A DNA stretch of 61,423 bases from Octopus bimaculoides (Eukaryota): positions 52,962,456-53,023,878 of the forward strand of contig NC_068995.1 of NCBI RefSeq assembly GCF_001194135.2. The letters run 5' to 3'. The position numbers and the translations under genes were made by a program. The notes below the pieces were generated by a model that had not been told where the DNA came from, did no database searches, and worked only from the letters and a program-made list of their open reading frames with translations. The first letter of the stretch is position 1; each line of letters opens with the position of its first letter. Of the stretch, positions 49,786 through 60,767 are shown piece after piece.

Positions 49786-51086
49786 GGAGACGGAGGAAAG
49801 TCCAAGAGAAAGGGAAGACGGTAAAGGCTAGCAATTTCAGGGAAGTGGGCAAGTCAATTACATCGACACCAGTTGAACACTGGTATCTATTTTATCGACC
49901 TCGAAATGATGAAAAAATGACCCCGGTGGCATTTGATGGCATTTCACTTGTCTTGTTACACATGGCGGGTTACAATATGCTTTGCATCGTTTTACCCTTA
50001 GAACGACGGCACCCTGCTGGCTAGGCGAGTAGGTCAACGTTCCCAATATCAAGCATCCATTTGTCAACACCGATAGAAAATGCTCTAAGGATTTGTCGAA
50101 ATATTTAGGGTTCTTACCTGAGAGAAATCCCCACAAATTCAAAATTTAATTATCTGGCAGAATCCTACAAGGGCGTTAACTTAAAATGAAAATTCTGACA
50201 TGACATTTGTCTGACGAACAATAAAAAATTCTGTTTTAAGATATTAACAGTTTGAACTAAAACACAGAGCTGTTCTTCCCCTGTATGTAGGAATTGAAGT
50301 ACCTTTTGTATACATACACTCCTTCTTGAACTGAGTTCAGCAATTTATCGCTGTTTCTGAATTAACAAAAACTATTATATATATACATATATNNNNNNNN
50401 NNNNNNNNNNNNNNNNNNNNNNNNNNNNNNNNNNNNNNNNNNNNNNNNNNNNNNNNNNNNNNNNNNNNNNNNNNNNNNNNNNNNNNNNNNNNNNNNNNNN
50501 NNNNNNNNNNNNNNNNNNNNNNNNNNNNNNNNNNNNNNNNNNNNNNNNNNNNNNNNNNNNNNNNNNNNNNNNNNNNNNNNNNNNNNNNNNNNNNNNNNNN
50601 NNNNNNNNNNNNNNNNNNNNNNNNNNNNNNNNNNNNNTATATATATATTTATATACACCTGTGTGTGTGAGCACGCATGTGTGGGTGTGTAAGTTGTATT
50701 GATATATCTATATAATTCAATACAAGAAACATCGATATCTATAGTATTCTTATCCAAACGCAAACGTTCTATTCGAGAATAATCAAGCAAATGTTCTGGA
50801 ATTTATTCGAGTGAATCGATGAAAATGTCTTGCCAAATTTATAGATTCTCTCCCAACAGAATTAAAAGCAAATAGGAATCTAACAGGATATGTAAATATT
50901 TGTTTCGCGTAAATTATCTGTGTTTTCTTCTTATTAATTTTTAAGTTGCCTTAATATATTGTATAATGTGTTTACATGGACACATTTCGCCTGAACTCTT
51001 TCTGTTAAACGTTGTATGTATGCAAGTAGGTACGTACTTATGTATACATGTATGTATACAGTGAAACTCGTAACAAATAAAATGTA

Positions 51087-51121
<35 letters not shown>

Positions 51122-51430
51122 TTGGTTTGACTCAGGTTTGGTCTTATTCCTGGAAGGATTTATATGGGTAGCAGGTTATTACCTGTAACCTTTGGTATCC
51201 ACAAGTTTTCGAACATTCCACAAGTGCTTCGAACCTTCCTGATATTCCTTGCTGTCCCCAAGAGACAAACTTCTTGTAGGAGCTAAATACAGGAAATAAA
51301 TACCGGGCATTCTATTTCAATCTCCTTCAGCCATTTGTCTAAATCTTTGCTTATTGGTCTCTGCACCAATTATTATAGGTATGATCTTTGCTGTTCTGAA
51401 GCCCCAAATTCTTCCTATTTCAAATTTTAA
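51122..51430 (-). mobile_element. Decayed RLE-type non-LTR retrotransposon (R4/Dong-like), 3' end
   Basis: Manual translation LKFEIGRIWGFRTAKIIPIIIGA / PISKDLDKWLKEIEIECPV(insert)*LLQEVCLLGTARNIRKV matches the restriction-like endonuclease C-terminus E...W......PI(V/I)IGALG.....L..WL........LQK.CLLGTA.ILRKV. A (TAA)n tract follows at 51090-51121. Confidence 0.75.
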
Positions 51431-51648
51431 GGGAATCATCATCATTATTATTATTGCTTTGCACAGCTTCTAATGCTGGAGATGTACTACGGTGTCAGCT
51501 GTTCACTACCAGAGAACTAAGGTAACACCTCCTATTTTTCGAGCAGTTGAAGTACACGAAGTATCGAAACATTGTTTATTCGATGACAGTCACATTCTTC
51601 TTATTGTTTCTTTACCTTCGGGAGGAGTATCATCAATCCTTAAATATT

Positions 51649-51854
51649 TATTTCTTTATTTCCCACAGGGAGGTAAACACAGAGGGGACAAACAAGGACA
51701 GACAAAGGGATTAAGTTGATTACTTATTTAAGCGACCCCGATAAGATGAAAGGCAGAGTCGACCTCGGCGGAATTTGAACTCAGAACGTAACGGCAAGCG
51801 AAATACCGCTAAGCATTCGCCCGGCGTGCTAACGATTCTGCCAGCACGCCGCCC
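51649..51854 (-). mobile_element. SINE family A (tail 1) with perfect 19-bp target-site duplication
   Basis: TCATCAATCCTTAAATATT at 51630-51648 and 51855-51873. Confidence 0.92.
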
Positions 51855-51972
51855 TCATCAATCCTTAAATATTACCAAAATGAAGTAGATTGAGATGTTT
51901 ATTTTGAACTTGTAGAAGACATACGAAGTGTCAAAAGATTCTTCATTCAATAACAGTCACACTTTTCTTATT

Positions 51973-52006
<34 letters not shown>

Positions 52007-52029
52007 CATTATTGTTGTTGTTGTTGCTG

Positions 52030-52060
<31 letters not shown>

Positions 52061-52706
52061 AGTTGTTGCATTGTTTTTGTTGTTATTGTTATCCTTGTTA
52101 TTCATCCATTTCTGTTGAAGTTTTTGTTTATGACTCCAGCAAATTGACTTTAAGCGGCGAACCAAGAGTAAGCTAACGTATGTTTCCCATTGTAAATCTA
52201 ATTAAATTCCAGCATCAATTGAATTAAATGTGAAATACACCGTTGCTTTGAAGACGAAGCTTTAACAGTGACTGTAATATATTTATTGTCTCTTTTGTAA
52301 GCTTCGATATTATTTTGTGAGGTTTATCTATGTATATATGTGTGTGTGAGTGTATGTGAGTGTATATGCGTGAGCATGCGTCTATGTAAATGTATGTGTG
52401 CGTGCGTATACTATGTCGAAAGGAACCATTATGACCATGCATTCATATTAATTACATTCATAAAGAGTAATTATCATCTAAATTAGAAACGATTTTTTTC
52501 CGTATAAACATACACGTATATATATCTGTTTTAAATATATCTTTTGTTGATGCCGATGCTAATATGTTCATTATACTCGTCAGCCTTTCAAGAATAATCA
52601 AGCCATGAATTAGTTTCTTAAAAATATATAATTATTCTCTTTATTATAATAAAGATTTCTTTGTAAACAATGTACATACTGAGATATATGCGGCTATGGT
52701 GTATAA

Positions 52707-52837
52707 CAGGCACGGGCAGCCGTTTTCGAGAAACGGGCACATCCTCAGGCAGACCGCACTGCTAAATAAATTCAAGGTAATTTTTCGTTAGGCATTCCAT
52801 TCAGAAAGTCCCACGGGCCGCAGTTTACCCGTGACTG
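52707..52837. mobile_element. hAT-like MITE relic
   Basis: Imperfect TIRs CAGGCACGGGCAGCCG and (rc) CAGTCACGGGTAAACTG, with subterminal CCCACGGGCCGCAGTTT. The 8-bp flanks GTGTATAA / GTGTTTAT match at 6 of 8 positions, fitting the 8-bp TSD of hAT elements. Confidence 0.55.
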
Positions 52838-53878
52838 GTGTTTATAAAACATGGAAGTATGTTTGCTTTAGCTGTAGTGGAAGAGTATTGCTGAAGAAAT
52901 TGACGAAAGAAACATTGAGAGGTTTAAATCAGGTCAGGGATCTCATCATAGGCTGATGGGACCTGCTACTGGTACAAAGTAAACCAGTTCTACCTGTTCC
53001 ACAGTCGAAGTGTCGGTGACTAAACCAGCTCCTCAGCTCTTGTGAGGAGGGTGTCTGGACACCCAGCAGAACTAAAACATGACCAGTCGAAGGACAGATG
53101 AGCTCCTTGCGGGTCAACGGTCATTCAGTAGATTAAGGCAGAGGTAGCTGTAACACGCATCGGCTTGTCGCAAGCGGATACTGGAGTTAAGCTTCGATGT
53201 GCTAGGTTATAGAGGTCCACAAAATCATAGACGTCCACTCTAAAGACAGCCGCTCGGAGATGTGAAATTTTTCCCATTATAGTTTTTAACTCCCAAGAAT
53301 TACTCCTATGTCACTTCATTCTTCTTCTCCTAGTCTCCTAGTTGATGATACCAAGATGTGATAAAAGTCAAGGGAGATCAATGTCAGTAGTTATCGAGTT
53401 TTGCTTCCAAATGGAAACGATTCCATTTACTTTGACGATTCTCTTGGAATATTCATAAATGTGACAACTTGCTGTATTTTCTCTTATAAATAGCAAATTG
53501 TTGTTGCATGTGTAAAGCAGACACCATTTTATTCAGGCGAACATAACTGAAAATTATGTCGGCAGTAATGAAGAAGAGATGGGTTTTTAAATACTTAGGC
53601 AGTTAGCATTTAAATATATTGTTAGACAAGACGAAATAAGACCAGTAAGACCAGCGGCAAAGGATCAACAAAGAGATATAGTGAATGGACGACAAGAGAG
53701 AAAATGGTTAAGAGGAACCATGTTTCTATTCCACAAACCAAATGCTGATTTTTTATTCCTTTAATATTATTAATATTGCTCATACACATATACTAAAGGT
53801 CAAAAAACTTTTATAAATAAATAATTAGATAATTTTATCAATATTCGATCTCTATTTAAAAGACATACACGATCCAAC

Positions 53879-53881
<3 letters not shown>

Positions 53882-53949
<68 letters not shown>
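53882..53949. repeat. (CA)n microsatellite
   Basis: Seen directly. Similar long (CA/GT)n, (AT)n, (CT)n and (GATA)n tracts occur throughout, e.g. near 3997, 9940, 24455, 34565, 41410, 42270 and 61340. Confidence 0.95.
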
Positions 53950-53951
<2 letters not shown>

Positions 53952-54595
53952 TCCAGTCATGGGATTTTAGTACAAGATGATCGATGATTTGTGAATCTCT
54001 TGAGGATCAAGTTTTCACATCAGTCAAGTATGCTCTGTTCGTTGTATTATTGATCGATCTGCTGTTATTACTACTACGAACATTATGCTTATGTATTATG
54101 TGGAATAATTCCAAGTCAAGCATCAGAAATGGATTATAACTCAAAGCACTAGCGTCAAGCTACAGATATTACGCCCGCGAAAGTTAAACCGCTAATATCA
54201 AAGCGCCTAAGTGAACCGTCAACATTAAGTAGACAGCATTGCCTCCTAACAACCGCGTGTGGTCGTCTCTCATCTAATGTTAAGATTTATATGGAGAAAT
54301 ACATTAACTACAGACAATATTGCCTTCCCTGAAACCAATTCCTGTCATTACTTTTAGATATTTTGCATTCGTTAAAGATAGAAATAATATAACAGTAATG
54401 AGTGTGCACGTGAGAGAGGGAGAGAGAGAGACAGACAGACAAAGACAAACAGCCAGAGACAGAAAGAGATAGAAAGAAGGATTATTTTAGGTTTATCCAA
54501 ACAAGGCCAGTGTTAGCTCAAGAGCACTCTTACACTCTAATACAGTATTGAGTACTTCCTACATATGGTAAGACTATATATGTTTAATTTTAGCG

Positions 54596-54790
54596 CCGAT
54601 GGCTTAACTGGCCGAAACTTCGAATCCCTGTATAGAGCAACCCATCAGATTAACGTAAAATTATTTTTATTATAACTGAACATAAAACAAACATTATATA
54701 TATGTAGTAGGTAGTAGGACAAAACGGGCTGCTGGGAATCGAACACACAACCTGAAAGCAATGCGCCATCGTATGTATGTATATATATAT
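54596..54790 (+). mobile_element. Short dispersed repeat (family H4) with a decayed hammerhead-like 5' part
   Basis: CCGAT GGC TTAACT GGCC GAAAC TTCGAA TC, then TTAACGTAAAATTATTTTTATTATAACT. The same motifs occur at 60104-60250 and 60768-60800. Confidence 0.55.
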
Positions 54791-54981
54791 GTATATATAN
54801 NNNNNNNNNNNNNNNNNNNNNNNNNNNNNNNNNNNNNNNNNNNNNNNNNNNNNNNNNNNNNNNNNNNNNNNNNNNNNNNNNNNNNNNNNNNNNNNNNNNN
54901 NNNNNNNNNNNNNNNNNNNNNNNNNNNNNNNNNNNNNNNNNNNNNNNNNNNNNNNNNNNNNNNNNNNNNNNNNNNNNNNNN

Positions 54982-55046
<65 letters not shown>

Positions 55047-55969
55047 CATAAATGTATTTGTTGCTCCTTCTTCGTAAATAAATTTAAGAAATGAAATCAA
55101 CGAACGTTCACTGTTCGTACATGTAATATAACGTTCCAGGTATTTCGATCTTCGAAGAATATTTCTTATTTGGTGAGTCTGCGACAAAACAGAACTTTAC
55201 GCCGGTCATGATGCAACGGCGGCCAATTTAAAATTTAACAGGACTTGCATCTATTTACTTTATTATTCTTTGATCTTTGACATTACACGTTGTCATATAT
55301 AATATGAAGGGTTAATATTGCATTTGGTGTTGAAATGAAATTAAAACAGGTTCCTTTTATATACAAAAACTTGGACGTTTTTATTAACTCTGCTTCTCGT
55401 ATGTTTCTGGTGTTAAAAGACGAAAACCACTTCTGTATTAATATATTACTTTTCATTAGTTAAAGAGCCAAAGAGCCCAGTTGTTTAGACGAAACTAGGC
55501 TGTGTCAAATGAAGCAATAGAATCTGAGAAAACTTTTGTGTTGGTCGATGTTAGTATTTAGTAAATACGAAAACTGAAAAAAACTTGCAGCAATCGAATG
55601 AAGTATTTTGTATGAATTCATACGAAAAAAATGCAAAGACTAAAACTACGGGCGGACTTCTTCATTAACGGACATGTGTAATCTTAAAGTAATTTTCAGG
55701 AAGAAGCTGTCTCACAGAGAGTGTGGCCAGGTTCTACAATGAAATTACAGGTACTATCCACCCGACCGGATTCTACACAGTTTCCGTTCATCTAATTTTA
55801 CTCGTAAGATACGCATCTACTTGAGACTATGGAACATGGCATTTGCTTAAAATGCCACACCATTGGATCGAATGTGGAACTTTGTTTTCGAAGAGAAATT
55901 CATAATGAAACAGCCATGCCTTCGCCTTAAAATACACGATGACTGTTTTCGTTTATTGTCATCCTTGCA

Positions 55970-56039
55970 TGTTCACGAGCAAGCTGCTCCATTGATCGGA
56001 TCAGCTGAAACCCTCATCGTCGTAACCGACGGAGTGTAC

Positions 56040-56040
<1 letters not shown>
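55970..56040 (+). mobile_element. SINE family C 3' tail fragment
   Basis: TTCACGAGCAAGCTGCTCCATTGATCGGATCAGCTGAAACCCTCATCGTCGTAACCGACGGAGTG. Confidence 0.8.
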
Positions 56041-56083
<43 letters not shown>

Positions 56084-56224
56084 NNNNNNNNNNNNNNNNN
56101 NNNNNNNNNNNNNNNNNNNNNNNNNNNNNNNNNNNNNNNNNNNNNNNNNNNNNNNNNNNNNNNNNNNNNNNNNNNNNNNNNNNNNNNNNNNNNNNNNNNN
56201 NNNNNNNNNNNNNNNNNNNNNNNN

Positions 56225-56257
<33 letters not shown>

Positions 56258-56275
56258 CATTTTATGCTTATAATA

Positions 56276-56310
<35 letters not shown>

Positions 56311-56519
56311 CCACATAAAAGTGGGTGCTGTGTTTGAACACTCGTGTTTTTATAGCTAGAGGGAACGGTGGCGGACGATGTTCTCCCACTAGCGATATAA
56401 ATACGAGTGCTTATATTTACCACAGGTCTATATGAGAGGTTTTCTCGTGGTAAATAAAGCAGTATTCTGGTTCTAACACAACAGCCACTTTTACGGAGGA
56501 ACAAATATTACCCTTATGT

Positions 56520-56556
<37 letters not shown>

Positions 56557-56753
56557 CATTCTGTTTTCTCCAAGGACCGAGGTACACAATGCCTGAAAAC
56601 GTCATAATAGACTGGAACACTTTCCATCGATCCATACTTAACCAGGGCTGACCAATAAAAGTATTAAAAGCTACCCAAGTAGCAATTCTTCCTTGACGTT
56701 TGTATGTCCGTCTGCTTTACAACCTCTGTTTCTCTTTTTCTCCCCTCTTTCTG

Positions 56754-56796
<43 letters not shown>

Positions 56797-58683
56797 CCTT
56801 TCTTTCTCTCTCTGTCCCTCTTTCTCTCTACTCTTTCACCCTCTTCTATTTCTCTTGTTCGTTTACACAGGCTCTTTCAGTCGGACGCTATGTTCTTTCT
56901 TCAAGAGAAACTTATTCAGAACACATATTTTGTTTCCGTTCCACAAGTCATAGAATGAAAACAAACAAACAAACAAACAAAGGCAAAATACCATTAAGAT
57001 ATTTTCAGATCTTTATTATTGAAATGCCTAAAGAAACAGGCGATATTTTTAATATATAAATAGATGGATGAAAATGAAAAGTACCAAAAGAAATATCGCT
57101 GCAATATTCTATGTATTTACAGACAAAACACCAAAAAAAGAGTTTGTTAATAAGCAAAGTAAATTGGTAGAAGAAATATATTGATCATAGATATTGGGAA
57201 GCTTTCAATTGGAAAATGGCTATTTTTCTCAGACAGACTAACATGGCGGCAAATTTAGTTGGAGTCTGCGCAGTAATTGCACCAAATAATATAACAATCA
57301 GAAAAGAAAAAGAGAGAGAGAAAGATTGAAAGAGTAAATAAGAGTCAACGAGAGATTCAGAATAAAATTTAAGATTAAAACTTCAAATCTAATCAAATGA
57401 TAGATTTATTTTAGAAGAATTAATAAGATACGGTTGCGTATATTGTTAACGTAATCACATAGTTGAAAGCGCATGCGTATCTATAGTAGTGTGTAACTTG
57501 TCTCATGGATTTTACCCGAAAGTGAAGTCAATTTTTCTTCTTTAATCTTCCGCCATGTTTTACAAAGTCATATTGAGAGAAAGACGATAAATCGACATTT
57601 TCATTGAATTTATAACTTGTTTATTTAATAAATATTTCAGAGTGATTTCGATCACATTGAGAAGAAAAAATTAAATGTTACTTCAAGTTCTAGACATTGG
57701 TTTTGTTGATGTAGCTGTTGTTGTTGTTGTTGTTGGTATTATTAAGCACTCGGTTAACTTTGATCAAATAAGACCTATGATCTAAGCGATCTAATTATGA
57801 CCCTTGCAACCTATTTTCAGACACAGTATATCTAAGACTGCATTAGCCAATCAGACACTGTTGCAAAATTCGGTTGATACTTCTAGCAGACTGAGTCACC
57901 ACGTAGAGGCCTCCTCTTCGGTTGGCGCAGAGTTTCTTTTGCTGACCCCGTAGAAGGTCCATCTTGGCTTTATTTACCCTTAATTATTATTGTTGTTGTT
58001 GTTGTTTTCTATTCTTTTCACCAGGCTAGCTTTACATAATCCAAAGTGTTTTAGCATTTATGAAGATAATCGTTACCTAATTTTTTTAATGCGTTTGAGG
58101 AAGAACTGGCTATTATTTCTTGCAAGGTTCAGAAAGCGTCCTTCATTGGCCCAAATTTGTTGCCGTTTTTGTTTTATCTAATTATCAAAATAATGTTTTA
58201 TTTAATAAGCAAATTTTAGAAAAGTTTATTAGTTTACACATTTAGGTCATCAGTTATGATGGAAAGCAACGAACCAAAATAGATTCTGGTGATCACTCTG
58301 CGAAAACGTTGACTATAATAAAATTAATAATATTGGTGCTATAAAACCATAACTTTATAGTCAGTCTTCTTCCTCACAGCGGCACACGTCACGATATAAC
58401 TAACTAACTAACTGCCTAGGTAAATACTGCTATGAATACAGAATAGACATAATTTTAGCTCGACCAAGCATTATCTATTTATTGATTATCAATAAATAAT
58501 TGAAAATGAGAATATAGAAAAAAAAATAACGAAGAAAAGACAATCAGGATTAAAAAAAAACAAAGTACACACACGATAAAAATAAAAAAAGAAAACAGAT
58601 ATTGTATTAAACATTCAGAACTGGTAGAATATGTTTAAGCTAAGCACTGGTGTGAAGTGAAGGGAATATTATAGCTGTAGCAA

Positions 58684-58742
<59 letters not shown>

Positions 58743-59677
58743 AGGGTTGCGTGGTGTTAGGGGGATCTTTTTTTTCTATTTGTGCGTGTTATGAAGATTT
58801 GGAGGACAACGAATGCCAAAGTAGAAATTTATCTCCAGGCAATGTCAGACCAAAAGCTGATGCGGTGAAAATTATTTTAGAATCAAACAAAAATCTTGAC
58901 AAGTAAAATAGCAAAAACAGAAAATGGGCCTTCGGAAGTTGACACGAATTTTGGATTTGTCTGTGATTAACGATCTCAGACAAGACTGCCAACAATTTCA
59001 AGGAATTTTTTAAATGACAAAAAAGCATTTTTTGTTTTTAACTCTGTTATTTTTTTTTTCTCTGAATAGAACTTCAAACGATTATCAAAGCAGCTGAGAT
59101 CACAGGTAAAAAAAAAAAAAAAATCAAAAGTAAAATTCAAACATTAAAAAACCCAAATAGTCTTTTGCAAGTATTTTGCTCTGTGATTAACCGTATCAGA
59201 CTTGATTGAGAGCAACTTTTACATAATGAAAAAAATCTGTTTTACAACTATTGGCAATCTTTACGAACAGAACCTCAATTAAAAAAAAAAAAGTATTTTA
59301 CACTTACAAGCAGTGGGAGTATTGAAAACTAGATGAGTGATTTTGTTTGTATGAAACACAGACAGGAATTAAATATCATATCATGCCGCCACCACCACCA
59401 CCGCAACGATGACCACTTTTATCAGTAGCCAACACGGTCGCTCGGCTTGCTGCAACAAATTCCTCTAAGGTCACACACCACTGGCTTGGAAGCGGAAATC
59501 CACGATACATTAGACAATGAAGCTCAAGGCATCGAAAGGCCGACGGGATGTTCAGGATTGGAATCTCTTTGATCAGAGATTTGTTTAAATATTGTTAATT
59601 GCAACAAATAACAAGAGCAGGTATAGAACTCTTTTTGATCATAGATTTTCTCAATCAAGACTGGTTTTGTGTTAAAC

Positions 59678-59950
59678 CAGAGGATCTCAACCGGGGCCCA
59701 TATCACGCCGAGGAATCCACATGAACCTTGGATTCCACATAAGATTTTGTTGTTAAAGTTTATGCGCAATAAATGGGTTAGGGTTCCACAATACACAAAA
59801 TATTTTAACAATTTCTTAATTCAAATTTTATAATATTTAATTACGAAAATATAAAAGGCTTTTTTAAAACATTGAATGGGTATGAGGACCCAGTTGAGTA
59901 AAGAGGGAATCAAAAGTGCTCATAGCCAAAAACTAGTTAAGCAATAAGGA
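59678..59950. mobile_element. Possible hAT (Charlie-like) non-autonomous DNA transposon relic
   Basis: The left end CAGAGGATCTCAACCGGGG resembles CAGTGGTTCTCAAC hAT termini. The right end is only weakly recognisable. Confidence 0.35.
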
Positions 59951-60005
59951 CAGGTATATGGACAACAAGCAAGTGTATTAGTTTGACACTCTGGAAATTG
60001 AAATG

Positions 60006-60043
60006 TCTTTTACGTTTCGAGCCTACGCTCTTCAGCAGAAAGA
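60006..60043 (-). ncRNA. Minimal hammerhead-like motif (family H2) with A6C core variant
   Basis: Minus strand TCTTT CTGCTGA A GAGC GTAG GCTC GAAAC GTA AAAGA. Stem I (5 bp) and stem II (4 bp) are perfect, with a GUA triplet and an ACGT palindrome as stem III. Confidence 0.65.
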
Positions 60044-60422
60044 ATTAAGAGAAGAAATGATTATAAAAGAATAGCGTTTTTCGGCCCCCTTAGCCCTCAT
60101 CAGCTAAAACTTCAAAGTCACTTCTAACGCTGTTCTTATGAAAGAATAACAAATATGTAGTCAACAAAAGGTGATGACTAATCCTACAGTTTAACGTATA
60201 ATTGTTTTTATTGTAACTCGAGATGAAAAGAAATATACTATATATATATATGTGTNNNNNNNNNNNNNNNNNNNNNNNNNNNNNNNNNNNNNNNNNNNNN
60301 NNNNNNNNNNNNNNNNNNNNNNNNNNNNNNNNNNNNNNNNNNNNNNNNNNNNNNNNNNNNNNNNNNNNNNNNNNNNNNNNNNNNNNNNNNNNNNNNNNNN
60401 NNNNNNNNNNNNNNNNNNNNNN

Positions 60423-60478
<56 letters not shown>

Positions 60479-60767
60479 GCACACATGTTTATGGAAAGAG
60501 AAAGAAGGATTAGTAAATTCCTGTGTGAATTTATTTGACATTTACGTCAGGGTAGGACTTTGTTATTTGTCAGATAAAGTCATGTTAACAGGATATAAAT
60601 TATATCACATGATATCGATTCCACGTTGTTTAAAAAAAATTATCAAAAATATCAAGGAACTTTTTAATGCAAGAAACGAAACAGCAACCAGTTATACATA
60701 GATATCCTTGCATGTGAATGTGTAAGAGTTCGTGTGTATGTGTGTGTNNNNNNNNNNGGGGGGGGGG

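Larger units (their letters stand above)
4069..60757. other. 17 assembly gaps (N runs), nearly all abutting microsatellites
   Basis: Gaps start at 4069, 11948, 13546, 15073, 23621, 33564, 36481, 37083, 39102, 41479, 45187, 48408, 50393, 54800, 56084, 60256 and 60748. Confidence 0.95.

Noticed and set aside
4824-50210. Other CTGA(T/C/A)GA hits (about 4825, 7640, 11460, 38445, 45965, 47955, 50203)
   Set aside because: No stem II plus GAAA follows.
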